Shown piece by piece: positions 27,018 to 32,000 of a DNA stretch of 32,000 nt. Positions within the stretch are counted from its first letter, which is position 1. Each line of letters starts with the position of its first letter. Both the position numbers and the translations under genes were made by a program. The notes beneath the pieces are model-generated. The model ran no database searches. It was not told the origin of the DNA and saw only the letters and a program-made list of their open reading frames with translations. Origin of the DNA: Flavobacteriaceae bacterium (GTDB lineage: Bacteria; Bacteroidota; Bacteroidia; Flavobacteriales; Flavobacteriaceae); assembly GCA_965224465.1 (NCBI GenBank), contig OZ245049.1, positions 2,340,001-2,372,000 on the forward strand, in the 5' to 3' direction.

Positions 27018-27591
27018 TCTCTTTTCGATATTTAATTTATGATTAAATAGACAGCCTTTACTTAAAAATAAGCACTTTAGTTGTTTCTTAAATTCAAATA
27101 CATCTCTACTTGAAAACTCAATTTCAGAACAAAAAAAACAAACGAAACTTTATGTCCTTAAAAACCTTAGCGAACTCCTTAACTATTGATCTTGAAATTT
27201 TATACCTATACAATACTCCAATACACGTTTTCTAGAATTTATAGCAGAATTACAGTCGTTACTACTAATTTGAATAGTTACTACCACAAAAAAAGAAACA
27301 ACAATCACAAATAATCCTCTAGAAACACATTTGATAGTATACCTATTAGTAACAACATATTCGCTAAGACACAAGGCATGCTACCAAAAAACGCTCCACA
27401 AACGAAAAAAAATACTACAACACATATTTCTTACAAATATCAATTGTCTCCTATCTTATTCATTAAAAAAAGATCTCATATATAAAAAAATGAACTTTTA
27501 AATCATAAGGAACTTTTTTATCTAAAAGTGTAACAATATCATTTAAAACACGTCTAACCATGGTATAATTAACTAAATAAAATCAGTTTCA

Positions 27592-28914
27592 ATGAAAAAA
27601 ATCTATTATCTAAGCTTTTTGTCATTGCTCATAGGCTCCAACCTATTTGCTCAAAAAGTAACATTTGAAGAATACAATTTAGAAAACGGTTTACACGTAA
27701 TTTTACATCAAGACAACACTGCTCCAGTTGTAACAATAGCGGTTATGTACCATGTAGGATCTAAAGACGAAGTAGCAGGAAGAACAGGAATGGCACATTT
27801 TTTCGAACATTTATTATTTGAAGGAACAAAAAATATTGAGAGAGGAACATGGTTCAAAACAGTATCTTCTAACGGAGGAACCAACAATGCCAACACCACT
27901 CAAGACCGTACTTATTACTACGAGACATTTCCTTCTAACAACCTAGAACTTGGTTTATGGATGGAATCTGAACGAATGCTTCACCCTGTTATCAATCAAA
28001 TTGGAGTTGACACTCAGAACGAAGTTGTAAAAGAAGAAAAACGATCTCGAATAGACAATGCACCTTATGGAAAGATCATTTACAAAACTGGAATTAACAA
28101 ATACATCTTTAAAAAACATCCGTATGGAAATTCTGTTATTGGAAGTATGGAAGATTTAAATGCTGCAAAACTATCGGAATTCAAAGCTTTCTTTAAAGAA
28201 TTTTACATTCCTAATAATGCTGTACTAGTAGTTGCTGGAGATATCAAAACAGCAGAGACAAAAAAACTAGTACGCAACTATTTTGGAGACATTCCAAAAG
28301 GAGCCCCTGTTAAAAGAGTATCTATCATAGAAAAAGATATTACAGAAACTATTAAAGCCACAGAATACGATTCAAACATTCAAATTCCACTAAAAGTATT
28401 TGTGTATCGTACACCAGAGAACACACATAAAGACAGCTATGTTTTAGACATGATATCTTCTATTCTTACGGGAGGAAAAAGTTCTAGAATGTACAAAAAC
28501 TTGGTAGACACAAAAAAAATGGCATTACAAGTACTGGCTTTTAACACCTCACAAGAAGATTATGGAACCTATACGCTAGGGGCATTGCCTTTAGGGAAAA
28601 TAAGTTTAGATGACTTAGGAGCTGAAATGGATTTAGAAATTGAAAAATTACAAAACGAATTGATTTCCGAAAAAGAATACCAAAAGCTTCAAAATCAATT
28701 TGAAAACAGATTTGTAAGTTCAAATGCTAGCATTCAAGGAATAACAAACTCATTGGCTAGTAATTACATGTTATATGGTGATGTAAACCTGATCAATACA
28801 AAAATTGACATTTTTAGATCAATTACAAGAGAAGATATCCAGCGCGTTGCTAAAAAATACCTCAACAAAAATCAACGTTTAGAATTAGATTACTTGAAAG
28901 CAGAGACCAAATAA
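27592..28914 (+). CDS. M16 (pitrilysin/insulinase) family zinc peptidase, catalytic-type subunit, secreted
   Basis: 440 aa. A signal peptide and the inverted zinc motif HFFEH (HxxEH) within GMAHFFEHLLFEGT are present. Confidence 0.9.
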   Translation: MKKIYYLSFLSLLIGSNLFAQKVTFEEYNLENGLHVILHQDNTAPVVTIAVMYHVGSKDEVAGRTGMAHFFEHLLFEGTKNIERGTWFKTVSSNGGTNNANTTQDRTYYYETFPSNNLELGLWMESERMLHPVINQIGVDTQNEVVKEEKRSRIDNAPYGKIIYKTGINKYIFKKHPYGNSVIGSMEDLNAAKLSEFKAFFKEFYIPNNAVLVVAGDIKTAETKKLVRNYFGDIPKGAPVKRVSIIEKDITETIKATEYDSNIQIPLKVFVYRTPENTHKDSYVLDMISSILTGGKSSRMYKNLVDTKKMALQVLAFNTSQEDYGTYTLGALPLGKISLDDLGAEMDLEIEKLQNELISEKEYQKLQNQFENRFVSSNASIQGITNSLASNYMLYGDVNLINTKIDIFRSITREDIQRVAKKYLNKNQRLELDYLKAETK

Positions 28915-28925
28915 AAAACACAAAC

Positions 28926-30977
28926 ATGAAAAAAAACATACTAACATTAATAGTTGTATTCCTAGTATCTATAGGAGCACAAGCACAAATAGACCGATCT
29001 ATACAACCAAAACCAGGACCTGCTCCAAAAATTAAATTAGGAAAACCTCAGTCTTTTAATCTAAAAAACGGCTTGCGTGTTATGGTTGTTGAAAATCATA
29101 AATTACCAAGAGTTTCGGCGAGCTTATCACTAGACAATGGTCCTATTTTTGAGGGAGAAAAAGCTGGAGTTATGAGTTTACTTTCAAGCCTTCTTGGAAG
29201 TGGATCTAAAAACATTTCGAAAGATGATTTTAACGAAAAAGTAGACTTTCTAGGAGCTCAGATTTATTTCGGAAGCCAAAGCGCCAACATGAGTTCTTTA
29301 TCTAAGTACTTCCCAACAGTCTTAGATTTAATGGCAGATGCCGCAAAGAACCCCGTATTTACACAAGAAGAATTTGATACAGAAGTTACAAAGCTAGTAG
29401 AAGGTTTAAAAATGGGAGAAAATAGCGTAGGTGAGATAGCCAATCGTGTACAAGGTGTTTTAACCTACGGAAAAAAACATCCCTATGGAGAATTCGCAAC
29501 AGAAACATCTGTAAAAAACGTTCAACTATCCGATGTGCAACATTTCTACGACACTTATTTTGTGCCTAATAATGCTTACTTGGTGATTATTGGTGATGTC
29601 AATTTCAAAAAAGTAAAGAAACTGGTTAAAAAGCAATTCGGAAACTGGAAAAAAGGAACGGTTCCAAATTACACAATGCCGTCAGTATCTAATGTAGCAC
29701 AAACAGAAATCAATTTTATTAACATGCCAAATGCGGTACAATCAGATGTTTCTGTAATCAGCACTACCCATTTAACAATGAATAATCCAGATTATTATGC
29801 TGTATTATTAGCCAATCAGATTTTAGGGGGTGATTTTGACAGTTATTTAAACATGAATTTACGTGAAAAAAATGGGTACACCTATGGTGCACGTTCTAGA
29901 TTGAGTACAAGCCGTCACACTGTTGCAAAATTCAAAGCAAGAACAACGGTAAGAAATACGGTAACGGACAGTACCGTAGTTGAAATAATGAAAGAAATTA
30001 ACAACATCCGAACAATAGATGTATCTGCAGAAAAATTAAAGGCTGTAAAATCTGGTTATGTAGGGAAATTTGTAATGGCATTGGAACGCCCTTCTACGCT
30101 CGCTAGATATGCTTTAAATATAGAAACAAACAAATTACCTAGTAATTATTATAAAAACTATTTAGCCAATATCAACAAGGTAACTGTAGCGGACATTAAA
30201 CGCGTTGCCCAAAAATACTTTACAACAGAAAAAGCGAGAATTGTTATTACAGGTAAAGCAATTGATGTACTACCAAATCTAGAAAAAACAGGATATACCA
30301 TTCGCTATTTTGACAAGCAAGGAAACAGCACAGACAAACCTGAAATGACGAAGCCAATTCCTGCTGGAATCACAAAAAAAACTGTAATTAACAGTTATTT
30401 TGATGCTATCGGAGGGAAAGATAAAGTTGCAGCTATTACGTCTACCTTGACCGTTTATGAAACTGAAATGAACGGGTCAAAAGTAAGCGTAACAGAAAAA
30501 AGAACTGCAACTCACTATTTGGCAAGTACCGCAATGAATGGTGCGACTATGATGAAAGTTACTGCACATGATGGGGGTGTTTTTATGAACGGACAAGCCA
30601 TGCCTTCTGAAATGGCAAATGAGCTAAAAGTACTGGGAACCTTTATAGAATTTTACTTACTAAACAACGAAAATTCTACACTAAGTGCTATTGAAATGAT
30701 CGATGGAAAAGAAGCGTATGTAATTAAAACAACTGGAGAAATAGTAAACACCTCTATATATTACGATACAAAAACAGGGCTAAAATTAAAAGAAGTACAA
30801 GCGATATCAATGGGAGGTCGCACACAAAATCAAGAAGCCACTTATAGCGAATACAAAACATTTAATGGAATTAAATTTGCTACTAAAAAAACAGGAAGCA
30901 TGGGGCCACAAAAAATGACGTTCACTCTTTCAGAAGCAAAGATAAACGAAGGTGTATCTGACGCAGATTTTAAATAA
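28926..30977 (+). CDS. M16 family peptidase homologue lacking the HxxEH motif, with an extra C-terminal domain
   Basis: 683 aa with a signal peptide. The M16 fold is recognisable, but the position equivalent to HxxEH reads GVMSLLSSLLGSG. About 230 additional C-terminal residues are beta-rich. The gene starts 11 nt after the preceding M16 gene. Confidence 0.85.
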   Translation: MKKNILTLIVVFLVSIGAQAQIDRSIQPKPGPAPKIKLGKPQSFNLKNGLRVMVVENHKLPRVSASLSLDNGPIFEGEKAGVMSLLSSLLGSGSKNISKDDFNEKVDFLGAQIYFGSQSANMSSLSKYFPTVLDLMADAAKNPVFTQEEFDTEVTKLVEGLKMGENSVGEIANRVQGVLTYGKKHPYGEFATETSVKNVQLSDVQHFYDTYFVPNNAYLVIIGDVNFKKVKKLVKKQFGNWKKGTVPNYTMPSVSNVAQTEINFINMPNAVQSDVSVISTTHLTMNNPDYYAVLLANQILGGDFDSYLNMNLREKNGYTYGARSRLSTSRHTVAKFKARTTVRNTVTDSTVVEIMKEINNIRTIDVSAEKLKAVKSGYVGKFVMALERPSTLARYALNIETNKLPSNYYKNYLANINKVTVADIKRVAQKYFTTEKARIVITGKAIDVLPNLEKTGYTIRYFDKQGNSTDKPEMTKPIPAGITKKTVINSYFDAIGGKDKVAAITSTLTVYETEMNGSKVSVTEKRTATHYLASTAMNGATMMKVTAHDGGVFMNGQAMPSEMANELKVLGTFIEFYLLNNENSTLSAIEMIDGKEAYVIKTTGEIVNTSIYYDTKTGLKLKEVQAISMGGRTQNQEATYSEYKTFNGIKFATKKTGSMGPQKMTFTLSEAKINEGVSDADFK

Positions 30978-31006
30978 AATTTGATTCAGAAAATACATAC
31001 TATAAG

Positions 31007-31035
31007 CGCAACTATTTATTTAGTTGCGTTTTTTT
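31007..31035 (+). terminator. Rho-independent terminator after the M16 pair
   Basis: Stem cgcaacta (31007-31014) / tagttgcg (31021-31028) with loop tttatt, followed by T7 at 31029-31035. It overlaps the last codons of the convergent EamA gene. Confidence 0.65.
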
Positions 31036-31903
31036 GTTTTCCATTTACCAAATACACTCCAAACATAATCAAAACTGAAGCCGCAACCTGAACAAAATCC
31101 AACCGCTCTCCATCCCTAAGCCCCCAAGCGATAGCCACAATTGGAATTAAATAGGTTACAGAGGACGAAAATACAGGTGACGCTATTTTTACCAAATTAT
31201 TGAACAATACTTTTGCCACACACGTTCCGAGAACTGCTAAAATAGTAAGGTAAAAAAAACTAATCTTTAGGGTATCTGTATATCTATAATCCTCAAAAAA
31301 ACCAGTTAAATAAACAACCACTAATGCAGGGATAATTAACAATACAAACTGAGCCACAGTAACACTCATTGCTGACAAACCACCCAAATAACGTTTTAAA
31401 ACATTTACATTGAAAGCATATCCAATGGAAGAAACAATCACAAAAACAGCATAAAAATAATCCTGACTAGGATGTAATTCTGCACCTTTTAAAATCAAAA
31501 CTATGGTACCAACTAAACCAATTACAACGCCTAACAATTGCTTTTTTCCAAACAAAAAACCATATAACAAAGCTCCAATTAATAAGGTATTCAATGGGGT
31601 TAATGAATTTAAAATAGCCGCTACTGAGCTATCTATCTTCTGAACAGCAAAAGCAAACAAAAAAGCGGGAAAAAAAGTCCCTAAAAACGAAGTTAACACA
31701 ATATGCTTCCAATGATGTCTCTTGACATACCGAAGCTCTTTAAACCCTACAATCACCAATAGAACAGCCGCAATCAATACTCTAAAAGCACCAACCTGAA
31801 TAGGCGTAAGCCCCATTAGAGATTTTTTTATCAATATAAAAGAACTTCCCCATATTAGCGTAAGCACTATTAAATACACCCATTTCTTTTTTCTGTTATC
31901 CAT
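31016..31903 (-). CDS. EamA/DMT-superfamily transporter
   Basis: 295 aa with about 10 hydrophobic helices in two repeated halves. The N-terminal WGSSFILIK is typical of EamA domains. Confidence 0.88.
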   Translation of the reverse strand: MDNRKKKWVYLIVLTLIWGSSFILIKKSLMGLTPIQVGAFRVLIAAVLLVIVGFKELRYVKRHHWKHIVLTSFLGTFFPAFLFAFAVQKIDSSVAAILNSLTPLNTLLIGALLYGFLFGKKQLLGVVIGLVGTIVLILKGAELHPSQDYFYAVFVIVSSIGYAFNVNVLKRYLGGLSAMSVTVAQFVLLIIPALVVVYLTGFFEDYRYTDTLKISFFYLTILAVLGTCVAKVLFNNLVKIASPVFSSSVTYLIPIVAIAWGLRDGERLDFVQVAASVLIMFGVYLVNGKQKNATK

Positions 31904-32000
31904 TGTTTATTTAAAAACGCTAAATTCTACATTTTTTTTCAAACCATTCTTCTTTTTAGTACATTCGTCATTTAAAATACTATTTAACCATGAAAAAAAT

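Noticed and set aside
27183-27374. 63-aa minus-strand ORF in the long rplU/M16 spacer
   Set aside because: It has a TTG start, an odd composition and no upstream promoter motif. It is retained only as part of the note on the long spacer.
11192-28723. Other short antisense ORFs: 11192-11389, 15805-16044, 17267-17458, 18462-18692, 21920-22216, 22272-22727, 23186-23470, 23972-24181, 26429-26683, 27708-27899 and 28541-28723
   Set aside because: Each is fully or largely embedded in the opposite strand of a confidently assigned gene.
31990-32000. Possible start of a plus-strand gene (ATGAAAAAAAT) at the window edge
   Set aside because: Only 11 nt are visible, so nothing can be supported.

Overview
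AT-rich chromosomal segment that looks like Bacteroidota, class Flavobacteriia. Support: an SprA gliding/T9SS gene, several TTG-N19-TAnnTTTG promoter-like motifs, and no obvious Shine-Dalgarno sites. Gene order: sprA (partial, minus strand, absent from the ORF track because it runs off the window start), ruvA, maeB; a molybdenum cofactor (Moco) locus in two arms; kdtA/waaA; rpmA-rplU; an M16 peptidase pair; an EamA transporter. The plus arm of the Moco locus is moaD, a DUF5686-like gene, moaE and a P-loop kinase-like gene. The minus arm is two YeeE/YedE half-genes, moaA, moeA, moaC, a mobB-like/mobA fusion and moeB-rhodanese, with a Crp/Fnr regulator gene upstream. A four-gene block lies between the arms: the P-loop kinase-like gene, a hypothetical, an orphan PAS histidine kinase and another hypothetical. 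I saw no rRNA, tRNA, CRISPR array, transposase, integrase or recognisable defence genes. The most unusual signal is a roughly 161-bp imperfect-palindromic repeat family with no coding capacity of its own. It has four full copies and one 51-bp partial copy. All copies lie between co-directional genes of the Moco locus and all are co-oriented with transcription. One copy supplies the last 11 codons and the stop codon of moaC. Whether this is a MITE/ERIC-like mobile repeat or a Moco-linked cis-acting RNA element cannot be decided from this window. Secondary points: a MobB-like domain with a degenerate Walker A fused to MobA, a candidate Crp/Fnr operator over the -33 box of the YeeE/YedE promoter, and ribosomal protein bL21 with a Rho_N/SAP-like C-terminal extension.
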